Below, piece by piece: positions 12,632-22,579 of a stretch of 64,000 nt of DNA (position 1 is the first letter of the stretch; each line of letters begins with the position of its first letter). A model generated the notes under the pieces. The model searched no databases. It had not been told where the DNA came from and saw nothing but the letters and a program-made list of their open reading frames with translations. The stretch is from an uncultured Pelagibacteraceae bacterium. GTDB lineage: Bacteria; Pseudomonadota; Alphaproteobacteria; Pelagibacterales; Pelagibacteraceae. The stretch covers positions 206,491 through 270,490 of the forward strand of contig CACOPB010000001.1 in NCBI GenBank assembly GCA_902628965.1. The letters are read 5' to 3'. The translations under genes were made by a program, and so were the position numbers.

Positions 12632-13371
12632 TGAATAGATACCAAATACTTATTGAGTATGTAGGTACAAATTTTAGAGGATGGCAAATCCAAAAAAAAG
12701 GTCCAACTATTCAAGGATTAATTCAAGAAAAATTATCAAAATTGTTAAAAGAAAAGATTATTTTACACGGTCAAGGAAGAACTGATGCAGGCGTTCATGC
12801 ATTTGAGCAATCTGCACATTTTGATTGTAAAAATAAAATAATTGATAAAATTAAATTTTTAAAATCAATAAATCATTTTTTAAATTTAAAAGACATTGCA
12901 ATCAAAAATGTTAAAAAAAGAAACAATAAATTTCATGCTAGATTTTCAGCAAAACAAAGAATTTACAAATATTTTATTTTTAATCAAATAAGCCAACCAA
13001 TAATTGAAAAAAATAGAGCGTGGCATGTTCGAAAGCAGTTAAATTTAGAATTAATGAAAAAGGGGGCCAAAAAATTATTAGGAACCAATGATTATTCAAC
13101 TTTTAGATCTTCAAGCTGTAATGCTAAAAGTCCAATTAAGACAATTAAATCAATTAAAATAAAATCATCTAAAAATAAGATTGAATTTCAATTTAGATCT
13201 CAATCATTTTTACAACATCAAGTTAGGTCCATGGTTGGTTGTTTAAAATATTTGGGAGAAACTAAATGGGATTTGAAAACTTTTGAAAAGAGATTTAAAT
13301 CAAAAAAAAGGATTTTGTGTGCACCACCAGCTCCGCCAAGTGGCTTATTTTTATTTAGAGTTCTTTACTAA
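12631..13371 (+). CDS. truA: tRNA pseudouridine(38-40) synthase
   Basis: GRTDAGVHA, SFLQHQVRSMVG, APPSGLFL. Confidence 0.96.
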   Translation: MNRYQILIEYVGTNFRGWQIQKKGPTIQGLIQEKLSKLLKEKIILHGQGRTDAGVHAFEQSAHFDCKNKIIDKIKFLKSINHFLNLKDIAIKNVKKRNNKFHARFSAKQRIYKYFIFNQISQPIIEKNRAWHVRKQLNLELMKKGAKKLLGTNDYSTFRSSSCNAKSPIKTIKSIKIKSSKNKIEFQFRSQSFLQHQVRSMVGCLKYLGETKWDLKTFEKRFKSKKRILCAPPAPPSGLFLFRVLY

Positions 13372-13841
13372 ATTTTTCTGTTACTCATAGCAAATTTTTT
13401 ATTTATTCGCCATCTAGACTCAGCTCTTACAATATAGCCACAACAATTTTTTGATTTACATTTACAAGGAAATTGTTTGTAGTTTTCATCATAACCAAAT
13501 CCATAATCACATGTAAACTCTTCACCTTTTTTAATATCCCTGATTGCTTTCACCCAAATTTTTAGTCCTTTACCATCATAATCGCAATTATTATCACAAG
13601 AATGATTAATTAATCCTGCAGTGTTCCAAGGAAAGTCTCCATCAAGGTCATATCTCTTATTTATTGTAAATAAATATATTGGTTTATTATTGTCATATTT
13701 ATCAGAATCTTGAGTTTGTTTTTTTGTTATCAGTTTTCCAATATAGTCAATTATTTTAGTTCCTTCTTTAATGTCACGCGTTGCATAAAGTCCTCTACCT
13801 TTATTATCAATGCCAGATTTTTTTATTTTATATAATTTCAT
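13368..13841 (-). CDS. SET-domain protein-lysine methyltransferase with post-SET Cys cluster
   Basis: GRGLYA, LINHSCDNN, GEEFTCDYG, post-SET CKCKSKNC. Confidence 0.92.
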   Translation of the reverse strand: MKLYKIKKSGIDNKGRGLYATRDIKEGTKIIDYIGKLITKKQTQDSDKYDNNKPIYLFTINKRYDLDGDFPWNTAGLINHSCDNNCDYDGKGLKIWVKAIRDIKKGEEFTCDYGFGYDENYKQFPCKCKSKNCCGYIVRAESRWRINKKFAMSNRKI

Positions 13842-13875
13842 GAAGATTTTTTATTTAGAGTTTTCTAAAGAATTA

Positions 13876-14805
13876 TCAATTAAATTCTAAAAGAGCATCA
13901 ACATGTCTTTTACTACTATCTCGAAGTGCATTGAGGTCATAACCGCCTTCTAAAATTGATACAACTTTCCCATTACAAAATTTTTTAGAAGCCTCTAATA
14001 TTCTTTTGGTAATAGTGAAATAATCCTCTGTTTTTAAATTAAATTGAGCAAGGGGATCATCCTCATGTGCATCAAATCCAGCACTGATTAATATAAATTC
14101 TGGATTAAACTCCTCTAATTTTTTTAGTACACGGTCAAATACGTTTAAATATTCTTCTGAACTTATGCCAGCTGGCAAAGGTATATTAAAGATATTGTTA
14201 AATTTGCCTTTTTCTTGTTCAGATCCTGTTCCTGGGTAATAAGGATATTGGTGAGTTGATATAAAAAGAACATTTTCATTTTCATAAAAAATATCCTGTG
14301 TTCCATTACCATGATGAACATCAAAATCCACTATAGCAACTTTTTTATATTTATATTTTTTTAATAAATAATTAGCACCAATACTTACAGAATTTAAAAT
14401 ACAAAAACCAGCAGCTTTGCTTTGTGAACTATGATGTCCAGGAGGTCGAACACCACAAAATGCATTTCTAAATTCTTTTTTTTCTACTCCATCAATTGCA
14501 GTAATTATTGATCCCACTGCATCAAAAGTTGCCTCTTCACTTCCAGGCGAAATGATTGTGTCACCATCAAGTGAAGAAAAACCTTTCTTTGGAAAAGAAT
14601 TTTTTACTAAATTTAAATAATCTTTTTTGTGAGTGGTTAAAATAATATCATCTGAAACTTTAGATGGTTTCTTCCATATAAGATTTTTATTATTAAGTTT
14701 TTTAAAATTATCCACTATCACAGATACTCTTGCTATTTGTTCTGGATGACCAGGACCTGTATCATGATTTTGAGATGTATCTGATGTGATTAATCCAGTT
14801 TTCAC
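13876..14805 (-). CDS. Zn-dependent histone deacetylase-family (AcuC/HdaH-like) deacylase
   Basis: GHPE, RPPGHH, GFC, DFDVHHGNGTQ, SAGFDAH, LEGGY. Confidence 0.94.
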   Translation of the reverse strand: MKTGLITSDTSQNHDTGPGHPEQIARVSVIVDNFKKLNNKNLIWKKPSKVSDDIILTTHKKDYLNLVKNSFPKKGFSSLDGDTIISPGSEEATFDAVGSIITAIDGVEKKEFRNAFCGVRPPGHHSSQSKAAGFCILNSVSIGANYLLKKYKYKKVAIVDFDVHHGNGTQDIFYENENVLFISTHQYPYYPGTGSEQEKGKFNNIFNIPLPAGISSEEYLNVFDRVLKKLEEFNPEFILISAGFDAHEDDPLAQFNLKTEDYFTITKRILEASKKFCNGKVVSILEGGYDLNALRDSSKRHVDALLEFN

Positions 14806-15944
14806 TTAAAGTAATTCTTTAAAATATTAGAATAAATTAAGGTTAATTTTTTTAAATCTGAAATTGATGATCTTTCATTGACCTGGTGAATACTGTTGTT
14901 TCTTAAACCAAGTTCTAGTCTCGGTATTGATCCTAAAAATCTACTATCACTTGTTCCACCTCTACAGTTTAATTTAGCTGAAAGTCTTGTTACCTTTTTG
15001 ATAACATTTTTAACCATAAGAATATCTTTATTTGGCTCTGTATAAAAAGCCTCACCACTTACCCTGTACTCTATTTTAGCCGTACATTTTTGTTTTTTTG
15101 CAACTGAATTAATTATTTTATTTAGTTTTTTCTTTAAATCAGTTGATTTGTATTTAGTATTAAATCTCACATTAAACTTTGCACTTGCAGTTTGAGGTAC
15201 TACATTTTCAGATAAATTTTCAACATCCATTTTAGTAAATTCTAGATTAGATGGTGGCATGTATTTAGTTCCATTATCTAAAGGAGCACTTTTTAATTTT
15301 GCTATTATTTTAGCTAAAGCTGTACAAGGATTTATATAAGAGCCATAAAATGCAGAGTGACCACTTTTACCATATACAGTTATAACTCCATTCATAGAAC
15401 CTCGTCTTCCAATTCTTATTTCATCTCCAACCGATTTATTTGAAGATGGTTCTCCGACTATAGAAAAGTCAATTTTTTCACCTTTTTTTCTTAAGTATTT
15501 CATAACTGCTGGACATCCATAACCGGTAGTTTCTTCATCTGCAGATATAATGATTGAAATAGATCCTTTAAATTTATTATTTTTTATAAAATTACTTACT
15601 GCACTTATCCAGCAAGCTACACCTCCCTTCATATCTTGAGCACCTCTTCCGTTTAGATACCCTTTGCTTATGACAGCTTTAAAAGGTGGAAATTTCCAAT
15701 TATCTAGATTTGCAACAACATCTGTATGACCTAAATACATAATGTGAGGTTTTGACTTGCCATATCTGGCATATAAATTAAGAGCAGGATTTGTTCCAGT
15801 TCCTTTTGATTTTATTATTGTGCATTTAAACCCAATAGCAGTTAATTTTTTTGATAAGAATTTCATTATCCCCTTATCTTCAGTTTTAACTGTTGGAAAT
15901 CTTATTAGCTCTTTAGCTAATTGTAATTCATTTATTGTTGGCAT
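14802..15944 (-). CDS. dapE: Succinyl-diaminopimelate desuccinylase
   Basis: M20 motifs GHTDVV, GRGAQDMKGG, DEE, GEPS, GRRGS, GGTSD, HQVNE; next to dapD. Confidence 0.93.
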   Translation of the reverse strand: MPTINELQLAKELIRFPTVKTEDKGIMKFLSKKLTAIGFKCTIIKSKGTGTNPALNLYARYGKSKPHIMYLGHTDVVANLDNWKFPPFKAVISKGYLNGRGAQDMKGGVACWISAVSNFIKNNKFKGSISIIISADEETTGYGCPAVMKYLRKKGEKIDFSIVGEPSSNKSVGDEIRIGRRGSMNGVITVYGKSGHSAFYGSYINPCTALAKIIAKLKSAPLDNGTKYMPPSNLEFTKMDVENLSENVVPQTASAKFNVRFNTKYKSTDLKKKLNKIINSVAKKQKCTAKIEYRVSGEAFYTEPNKDILMVKNVIKKVTRLSAKLNCRGGTSDSRFLGSIPRLELGLRNNSIHQVNERSSISDLKKLTLIYSNILKNYFK

Positions 15945-15946
15945 AT

Positions 15947-16774
15947 TTAATCTCTTAAAAGATCGTTAACTGATGTTTTTGATCTTGTTTTTTCGTCAAC
16001 TTGTTTAATAATCACTGCACAGCTTAAAGATGGCGCAGATGGATTTTTTTTATCAGGTAAAGAACCTGGTACAACAACTGAGTATGGAGGAATTTTTCCA
16101 TAAGTAATTTCGCCTGTCGCCCGATTTACTATTTTAGTACTTTGTGTAATTAGCATACCCATACTTAATACAGAGCCTTCTCCAACTATCACACCTTCGA
16201 CTACCTCTGACATCGCCCCAACAAAAACATTATCTTCAATAATTGTTGGTAATGCTTGAGCGGGTTCCAAAACGCCCCCAATCCCAGAGCCTGCAGAGAT
16301 ATGACAATTTTTTCCAATCTGACAACAGCTTCCTGCACGACTGAAAGTATCCATCATAGTGCCCTCATCAATATACGCTCCAATATTTACATAACAAGGC
16401 ATCAAAACTGCATTCTTTCCAACAAATGATCCTTTTCTTACTGGTGAGTTAGGTACCATTCTAAAACCAGCTTTTTCATGATCTTCTTTTGTCCACCCAG
16501 CTGTTTTTCCTTTCAGTAAGTGTGCTTTATCATACCAACTACTATATGGACCATTTAAATTTTCCATTGGATACATTCTAAAACTTAACATGATAGCTTT
16601 TTTAAGATGCTGATGAGTAACCCATTCTCCATTGATTTTTTCAGCAACCCTTGCTTTTCCACTATCTAAATCGTCAATAATTTGATTCACAGCATCTTTT
16701 AAGGACTTATCTGAATTTTGATTTACTTGGTCTTTGTTTTCCCAAGATTCATTAATAATTTTTTCAATACTCAT
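15947..16774 (-). CDS. dapD: Tetrahydrodipicolinate N-succinyltransferase
   Basis: WYDK, hexapeptide repeats, GGVLEP, CAVIIKQVDEKTRSKTSVNDLLRD. Confidence 0.96.
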   Translation of the reverse strand: MSIEKIINESWENKDQVNQNSDKSLKDAVNQIIDDLDSGKARVAEKINGEWVTHQHLKKAIMLSFRMYPMENLNGPYSSWYDKAHLLKGKTAGWTKEDHEKAGFRMVPNSPVRKGSFVGKNAVLMPCYVNIGAYIDEGTMMDTFSRAGSCCQIGKNCHISAGSGIGGVLEPAQALPTIIEDNVFVGAMSEVVEGVIVGEGSVLSMGMLITQSTKIVNRATGEITYGKIPPYSVVVPGSLPDKKNPSAPSLSCAVIIKQVDEKTRSKTSVNDLLRD

Positions 16775-16778
16775 AATT

Positions 16779-17450
16779 TTATGAGTTTTTTAATAACCTT
16801 ATTTCTTTTAAAAATAAAGAAAGATTTTCTATTTTGTAATCAATATATCTCTTATTGGATTCTTTTTTACCCCAATATTCGTTATTGATTAACCAAACTG
16901 TTTTTGCTCCTCTTTCTTTTCCTATAGACAAGTTTTTTGCAATATCCTCAATGTAGAGGGTTTCGCATGGATCAATTTTAAACTTCTCAACCATTAGATC
17001 AAATGCCTTTGCTGCAGGTTTTGGACTATATTCAGCATCAACAATATCAAATACACCATCAAATTGGTCATCAATGCCTAATTGAGTTGTGATATTTTTA
17101 ACATGCTCTTTACTTCCGTTTGTAAATACATACTTTTTTAGATTAATATTTTCTAACTCTTCCCTTAAAACTGTATCTTTTTCTAAAAAATCTAAGTCAA
17201 TGTCATGAACATAATCTAAAAATTCTCTTGGTGGAATGTCATGATGTATCATCAAACCATTAAGACTTGTATTATATTTATGAAAATAATTTGTTTGTAG
17301 CTCCTTAGCTTCCTTCAAATCCACATTTAACTTATTAGATATATATTGAGTCATTTTTTTACTGACCTGTCCAAATACACCTTCAAGATCAGCATATAAC
17401 ACACCGTCACAATCAAATAAAATATTCTTAATATTTTTTAATTCTTTCAT
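16779..17450 (-). CDS. HAD-family pyrimidine 5'-nucleotidase
   Basis: FDCDGVLY, FTNG, KP, IEDIAKNL; usual neighbour of argB and dapD. Confidence 0.85.
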   Translation of the reverse strand: MKELKNIKNILFDCDGVLYADLEGVFGQVSKKMTQYISNKLNVDLKEAKELQTNYFHKYNTSLNGLMIHHDIPPREFLDYVHDIDLDFLEKDTVLREELENINLKKYVFTNGSKEHVKNITTQLGIDDQFDGVFDIVDAEYSPKPAAKAFDLMVEKFKIDPCETLYIEDIAKNLSIGKERGAKTVWLINNEYWGKKESNKRYIDYKIENLSLFLKEIRLLKNS

Positions 17451-18295
17451 CTTCTTATTAACGTTCCTGATCCTTTGTCAGAGAAGATTTCCCATAAACA
17501 TGAATGCGGTTTCGTACCATTAATTATACCCACCGCAGTAACACCATTATTAACTGCATCTAAACAAGCATTAATTTTAGGTATCATACCTTCTGTAATA
17601 GTTTCATCTTTAATCATTTCTAAAACTTCTGATGAAGAAATTTCTTCTATTAATTTTTTATTTTTGTCTAGAACACCATCTACATTAGTCATTAACAGTA
17701 GTCTTCTAGATTTTAAAGATTTTGCTATTGCCATAGCAGCCGTATCTCCATTAATATTATAAGTTTGGTTCTCTATACCTAATCCTAATGGTGAAATTAT
17801 AGGAATTTTATTTTGATTAATTATATTTAGTATTTCCTCATTATTAATCTCATTTGGTATTCCTACAAATCCTAGTTCTTCTGCTTCTGGAATAGTTTTT
17901 ATAATATTATTATTTTTTGTGTGAATAGAAATCGCCTCTGTTCCTTTGTCTTTTAAAGAATTAACAATGTCATCATTAAAATCAATCAGAACAGATTCAA
18001 CAATATTAATAATATTTTTATCAGTTACCCTTAGTCCCCTTATAAATTTTGATTGAATATTTGATTTGTCTAGCTCTCTTTTAATTCTAGGCCCACCACC
18101 ATGAATTACAATAGTTGCAAGGCCTAATTTATTTAAAACACTAAGATCAGTTATAAAATTATTAAAAACGTTTCTATCAATTAAAACGTTTCCACCATAT
18201 TTAATTACTATTAAATCGTTTTTGTACTTTTCAATATATTTAGTTACTTCATTAATTGGTGGCCCATCTTTAGGCAATATTTGTTCTAGATCCAT
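17447..18295 (-). CDS. argB: Acetylglutamate kinase
   Basis: VIKYGGN, HGGGP, GLRVTD, NINGD, GMIPK. Confidence 0.96.
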   Translation of the reverse strand: MDLEQILPKDGPPINEVTKYIEKYKNDLIVIKYGGNVLIDRNVFNNFITDLSVLNKLGLATIVIHGGGPRIKRELDKSNIQSKFIRGLRVTDKNIINIVESVLIDFNDDIVNSLKDKGTEAISIHTKNNNIIKTIPEAEELGFVGIPNEINNEEILNIINQNKIPIISPLGLGIENQTYNINGDTAAMAIAKSLKSRRLLLMTNVDGVLDKNKKLIEEISSSEVLEMIKDETITEGMIPKINACLDAVNNGVTAVGIINGTKPHSCLWEIFSDKGSGTLIRR

Positions 18296-18309
18296 TTATT
18301 ATTTTTTTA

Positions 18310-19989
18310 TTAGGTTGCAGTTTTAACCGTTGTGCGTTTCATTATCACAACCTGTTGACCCATAGTCAATATATTGTTAATCGTCCAATAAATAACTAAT
18401 CCACTTGGGAAGGGAGCAAGTATTACAGTTAAGAATAATGGGAAAAACATAAATATCTTTGCTTGCATTGGATCTGTCGGAGCCGGGTTTAACTTCTGTT
18501 GTAACCACATGCTGGCCCCCATAGCGACGGGCCATACTCCAATAACTAGAAATGATGGAACATCGTATGGAAGCAATCCAAATAAATTGAATATGGAAGT
18601 GGGATCCTTGGCACTGAGATCTTTGATCCAACCATAAAAAGGCATGTGACGCATTTCTATTGTTACAAATAAAACCTTATATAAAGCAAAGAATACAGGG
18701 ATCTGGACGAGGATGGGCAAGCAACCACTCATAGGATTTACTTTTTCTTTTTTATAAAGAGCCATCATTGCTTGTTGCAATTTCATTTTATCATCCTTGT
18801 GCACTTCTTTAAGTCTTACCATCTCAGGCTGTAACTGCTTCATCTTCGCCATACTTCTAAAAGAAAAATTAGCTAAAGGAAAAAACGCCAGTCGAATACA
18901 AACAGTAACAGCAATGATTGCTAGTCCGTAGTTACCAAATATTTTAAAGAAATACTCTAGTGCAGTGAACAAGGGGCGAGTTAAAAAGTATAGAAAACCC
19001 CAGTCAATTGTTAAATCAAATTTATCAATTTTTAAAGACTCTGCGTATCCATCAATCACATCAACTCGTTTTGCTGCTACAATTACTTGTAAATTTTCTT
19101 CTATAGAAGAATTTCCAGTTAACTCTAATGGTTCTGTTGTAACAAAGTTTATTCTATACTTGTTCTTATAATCCATTGTAGTTTTGAATTCTTTTTCTCT
19201 TGGTGGAATAAGTGTTGATATGTAATATTTATCTCCAATTCCTAACCATCCTTTTTGAGCAATTCTTGAGAATTTCTTCTCTTCAATATCGTCATAGTCT
19301 TCCTCAATTAATTCTTCATCTAATGTAGCGATTGGACCTTCATGAAGAATGTAAAAATCAGTTATACCTTCTGGGATCTGATTTCTTATAATCTGTCCAT
19401 AAGAATAGAAATCATAGTTTTTATCAGTAGAATTTATAACTCTTTGTTTTATTGTGAATAAAAACTTATCATCTAATGCAATTTCTTTTTCAAAAGTGAT
19501 CCCTTGATCATTTGTCCAACTTAGTTTTATAGGAGATTGATCAGTTAATTTATTATTTCCAGAAACTGACCAAATTGAATCTGCATTTGGAATATCGATA
19601 TTTTTATCAGTAGTTATAAAACCACTTTCAATTATATAGCCTTCTTTAGAACTTCGTGGTGCAAGAAATTTTACTTTTTCATCGCTTTCCAAACTAACAT
19701 TATATTCTTTGAAAGTTAGATCATCTATTGCAGCCCCCTTTAACGAAATAGATCCAACAATACTTTGATTCTCAAATTGAATTCTTTCACTTTGTTGTAA
19801 TGCTTCTTCTCGTGAAATTTCGCTTACATTTTCTTTTTGATCAAGACTAGGTGCATCTGAATTCTGTTCAGTCTTAGTTTTTTCAGTTAAATTTTCTTTC
19901 GTTACTGGAGGTGGTGCAAAAAATAGCGAGTATAATATAATTACAGCAGCTGATAGACTTATGGCAGCAATTATATTTCTTGTTTCCAT
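18310..19989 (-). CDS. yidC: Membrane protein insertase YidC
   Basis: DWGFLYFLTRP, GNYGLAII, VNPMSGCLP, GLVIYWTINN. Confidence 0.97.
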   Translation of the reverse strand: METRNIIAAISLSAAVIILYSLFFAPPPVTKENLTEKTKTEQNSDAPSLDQKENVSEISREEALQQSERIQFENQSIVGSISLKGAAIDDLTFKEYNVSLESDEKVKFLAPRSSKEGYIIESGFITTDKNIDIPNADSIWSVSGNNKLTDQSPIKLSWTNDQGITFEKEIALDDKFLFTIKQRVINSTDKNYDFYSYGQIIRNQIPEGITDFYILHEGPIATLDEELIEEDYDDIEEKKFSRIAQKGWLGIGDKYYISTLIPPREKEFKTTMDYKNKYRINFVTTEPLELTGNSSIEENLQVIVAAKRVDVIDGYAESLKIDKFDLTIDWGFLYFLTRPLFTALEYFFKIFGNYGLAIIAVTVCIRLAFFPLANFSFRSMAKMKQLQPEMVRLKEVHKDDKMKLQQAMMALYKKEKVNPMSGCLPILVQIPVFFALYKVLFVTIEMRHMPFYGWIKDLSAKDPTSIFNLFGLLPYDVPSFLVIGVWPVAMGASMWLQQKLNPAPTDPMQAKIFMFFPLFLTVILAPFPSGLVIYWTINNILTMGQQVVIMKRTTVKTAT

Positions 19990-20240
19990 TATTTATTATC
20001 CTTCATTTCTTTTTTAACTGGATCAAACCCTTCTCCACCCCCTAAAAATTTTATTGGGTGGCAGGATAAAATTCTTTTTATACTAATTAATAAGCCTTTA
20101 AAAAAACCGTATTCTTTTAAAGCATCTATGCTGTATTCTGAACATGTTGGCAAATATCTACAAGAATGTCCAAATAATGGACTAATTAAATATTTATAAG
20201 CTTTTATAAATTTAATTAAAATTAAAGTAAATATGTTCAT
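19989..20240 (-). CDS. yidD: Membrane protein insertion efficiency factor
   Basis: [10 protein letters not shown]...RILSCHP...GFDPV. Confidence 0.95.
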   Translation of the reverse strand: MNIFTLILIKFIKAYKYLISPLFGHSCRYLPTCSEYSIDALKEYGFFKGLLISIKRILSCHPIKFLGGGEGFDPVKKEMKDNK

Positions 20241-20578
20241 TTTATTTTCTCAAAATCTTTAAATAAGGTTTCTTTTATATTTTTGTATTCGTTATTTAGC
20301 ATGGCCGGATGAGCAATAACAAGAACAGATTTTTCAAGTTTTATTAAATTTTTTTTAATTCCATCATTAAATATTTGTCTAAGCCTTCGTTTAATTTTAT
20401 TTCGTTTCACAGCTATTGCTATCTTTTTTTTTACCGAAAAAGAAATATTTAATTTTTTTTTATCCTTGTTAGGTAAGTTTCCAAAAAAAATTGATACATA
20501 TTTGTTTGAAATCTTTTTTTGTCTTAAAAGGATTTTGAATTCCTCATTTTTTGAAAGAGCAATAATTTTGCTTTTCAT
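20237..20578 (-). CDS. rnpA: Ribonuclease P protein component
   Basis: [17 protein letters not shown] (RNR-like motif); lies between rpmH and yidD. Confidence 0.9.
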   Translation of the reverse strand: MKSKIIALSKNEEFKILLRQKKISNKYVSIFFGNLPNKDKKKLNISFSVKKKIAIAVKRNKIKRRLRQIFNDGIKKNLIKLEKSVLVIAHPAMLNNEYKNIKETLFKDFEKIK

Positions 20579-20582
20579 TATT

Positions 20583-20723
20583 TTAAACTGAAACAGTTAG
20601 TGATTTTCTTCCTCTTGCTCTTCTTCTAGCTAAAAGTTTCTTTCCACCTTTAGTTTTCATCTTTGAACGAAAACCGTGTTTTCGAGCTCTTTTTTTATTT
20701 GAGGGCTGGTAAGTTCTTTTCAT
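20583..20723 (-). CDS. rpmH: 50S ribosomal protein L34
   Basis: Not in the ORF track. Read by hand: [46 protein letters not shown]. Confidence 0.97.
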   Translation of the reverse strand: MKRTYQPSNKKRARKHGFRSKMKTKGGKKLLARRRARGRKSLTVSV

Positions 20724-20820
20724 AATTAGATTTGATATTGTTTTTTAATAATTTCGCACCTTTATATTAGTAATAATTAAAATAGCAAATAGAAGATTAA
20801 GCATTAAAATAAGAAGAATC

Positions 20821-21543
20821 ATGGAAAATACAAAAAAAATTAAATTATTTATTGGCTTATCTTATTTGTTAATTATTTGCTTATTTTTGTATTTCTTTTT
20901 TTCAAAATTTAGTCTTGAAGAGATTACATCCTATGATTTTATAAAAAATAACAGTGCTTATTTTGCTGAACTTAAAAATTCAAACTTATTTTTAATTTCT
21001 ATAATTTTTTTAGTGCTGACAATTGTTTGGTGTTTTCCACTGCTTGGCTTTGGTAGCCCTGCCGCTTTGATAGGTGGGTTTATATTTGGAAAATGGATCG
21101 GCACTTTGCTTGTTGTTATAGGATTAAGTATTGGTGCAACATTATTATATATATTTGGTAATTATTTTTTAAAAGAATTAATTAGAGAAAAATTTTTAAA
21201 TAAATTTCAAAACCTAGAAATTAAATTTAAAAAATCAGAATTTATTTACTTATTGATTTATCGTTTTATAGGTGGGATACCTTGGCAGCTAAGTTGTCTT
21301 TTGCCAACTCTATTTAATGTTAGTGCTGTAAACTTTTTTTTTGCTACGATAATCGGAATTATTCCACAAATTTTTTTAGTAGTTTCCATTGGTAGTGGTT
21401 TAGAAAAAGTTATAGATCAAAACATAGCAGCCCCTGGTATAATCGATATTATTTTTTCTTCTGATATTTATATTCCTATCATAGCTTTCTTTATTTTAAT
21501 TCTGATTACGATATTTTTGAGAAAGTTTTTTTATAGAAATTAG
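20821..21543 (+). CDS. TVP38/TMEM64 (DedA/VTT-domain) membrane protein
   Basis: Hydrophobic; GGFIFGKWIGT, SIGATLLY, LIYRFIGGIP, FFFATIIGIIP. Confidence 0.88.
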   Translation: MENTKKIKLFIGLSYLLIICLFLYFFFSKFSLEEITSYDFIKNNSAYFAELKNSNLFLISIIFLVLTIVWCFPLLGFGSPAALIGGFIFGKWIGTLLVVIGLSIGATLLYIFGNYFLKELIREKFLNKFQNLEIKFKKSEFIYLLIYRFIGGIPWQLSCLLPTLFNVSAVNFFFATIIGIIPQIFLVVSIGSGLEKVIDQNIAAPGIIDIIFSSDIYIPIIAFFILILITIFLRKFFYRN

Positions 21544-21617
21544 TGGTGCTCCCACCCTGTACTGACCAGGGAACTAGTCATTACCAATGACTTGTTATAC
21601 CATTTAACTACAGGAGC
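21544..21617 (-). tRNA. tRNA-Thr(GGT) with atypical T-loop
   Basis: GCTCCTG/TGGGAGC acceptor, GTTA/TAAC D-stem, AGTCA-TTGGTAA-TGACT anticodon arm, CCCTG-GTCAGTA-CAGGG T-arm, ACCA end. Confidence 0.9.
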
Positions 21618-21717
21618 TTAGAGACAAATTGTATTTTATTGATAATAAAGCATTTTTTTCAAATTATTGCCTTAATTTTTTGATTAATATGATTTATATC
21701 TATTTTAGGAAAATGTT

Positions 21718-21918
21718 ATGGGAATTCATTACGATTATAAATCAACTAAAGGTAACAAGCTTATGGAAAAGCAAGCTAAAAGAGAGAAAAAGCTTGCAGA
21801 AAAAAAAGCTAAACGTTTAGCTAAAGAAGGCCCAAAAAAAGAAGAGGAAAAAACACCTGCATTGGATCCTAACAAACCGATTTCTTTAGATTTCCTGACT
21901 AACCCAAATAAAGAATGA
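21718..21918 (+). CDS. Small basic protein (66 aa), unknown function
   Basis: ATG preceded by AGGA; K/E/A-rich helical segment; stop overlaps the next ATG (ATGA). Confidence 0.7.
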   Translation: MGIHYDYKSTKGNKLMEKQAKREKKLAEKKAKRLAKEGPKKEEEKTPALDPNKPISLDFLTNPNKE

Positions 21919-22016
21919 GTTCAAAAGAAAAAAATGAGCGTTTAAGTTTGGCGCTTAGAAAAAATTTGAAGAAAAGAAAAATTTTCCAAAAAAAAAATAA
22001 AAAGAAAAATAAATAA
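21915..22016 (+). CDS. Small basic protein (33 aa): [33 protein letters not shown]
   Basis: Below the ORF-track cutoff. Translationally coupled at both ends (ATGA with the upstream ORF, TAATG with dcd). RLxxALRxNLKxRK resembles the small protein seen near murA in alphaproteobacteria. Confidence 0.72.
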   Translation: MSSKEKNERLSLALRKNLKKRKIFQKKNKKKNK

Positions 22017-22576
22017 TGTCGATTCAACCTGATTCCTGGATTAAAAAAATGTGCAAAGAGCACAATATGATAGAACCGTTCTTAGATCATCAAGTTTCTG
22101 AAGGAAAAATTTCTTATGGATTAAGTAGTATGGGATATGATGTAAGAATCTCCAATGAATATAGAATTTTTACTAATGTAAATAGTTCTTTGGTTGATCC
22201 AAAGAATTTTTCTGATGATAACTTTATAGAAAGAAAAGGACCACACTGTATTATCCCACCAAATTCATTCGTTTTAGCTAAAACAGTTGAATATTTTAGA
22301 ATACCAAAAGACGTTTTATGTATTTGTGTTGGAAAAAGTACTTATGCAAGAATAGGAATTATTTGTAATGTTACTCCAATTGAAAATGAATTTGAGGGCA
22401 ATATAGTAATTGAGCTAAGTAATACAACACCTAATCCTGCAAAAATTTATTCAAACGAGGGGATAGCACAATTTTTATTTTTCAAATCAGATACTCAACC
22501 AGAAACAACTTATAAATCAAAGAACGGTAAATATCAGGGCCAAACTACAATTCAAGTTGCTAAGATTAAAAAGTAA
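22016..22576 (+). CDS. dcd: dCTP deaminase
   Basis: [40 protein letters not shown]. Confidence 0.96.
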   Translation: MSIQPDSWIKKMCKEHNMIEPFLDHQVSEGKISYGLSSMGYDVRISNEYRIFTNVNSSLVDPKNFSDDNFIERKGPHCIIPPNSFVLAKTVEYFRIPKDVLCICVGKSTYARIGIICNVTPIENEFEGNIVIELSNTTPNPAKIYSNEGIAQFLFFKSDTQPETTYKSKNGKYQGQTTIQVAKIKK

Positions 22577-22579
22577 TTT

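Noticed and set aside
20583-20820. Possible replication origin next to rpmH-rnpA-yidC
   Set aside because: No dnaA/dnaN here, the intergenic gap is under 100 bp, and there is no cluster of DnaA boxes
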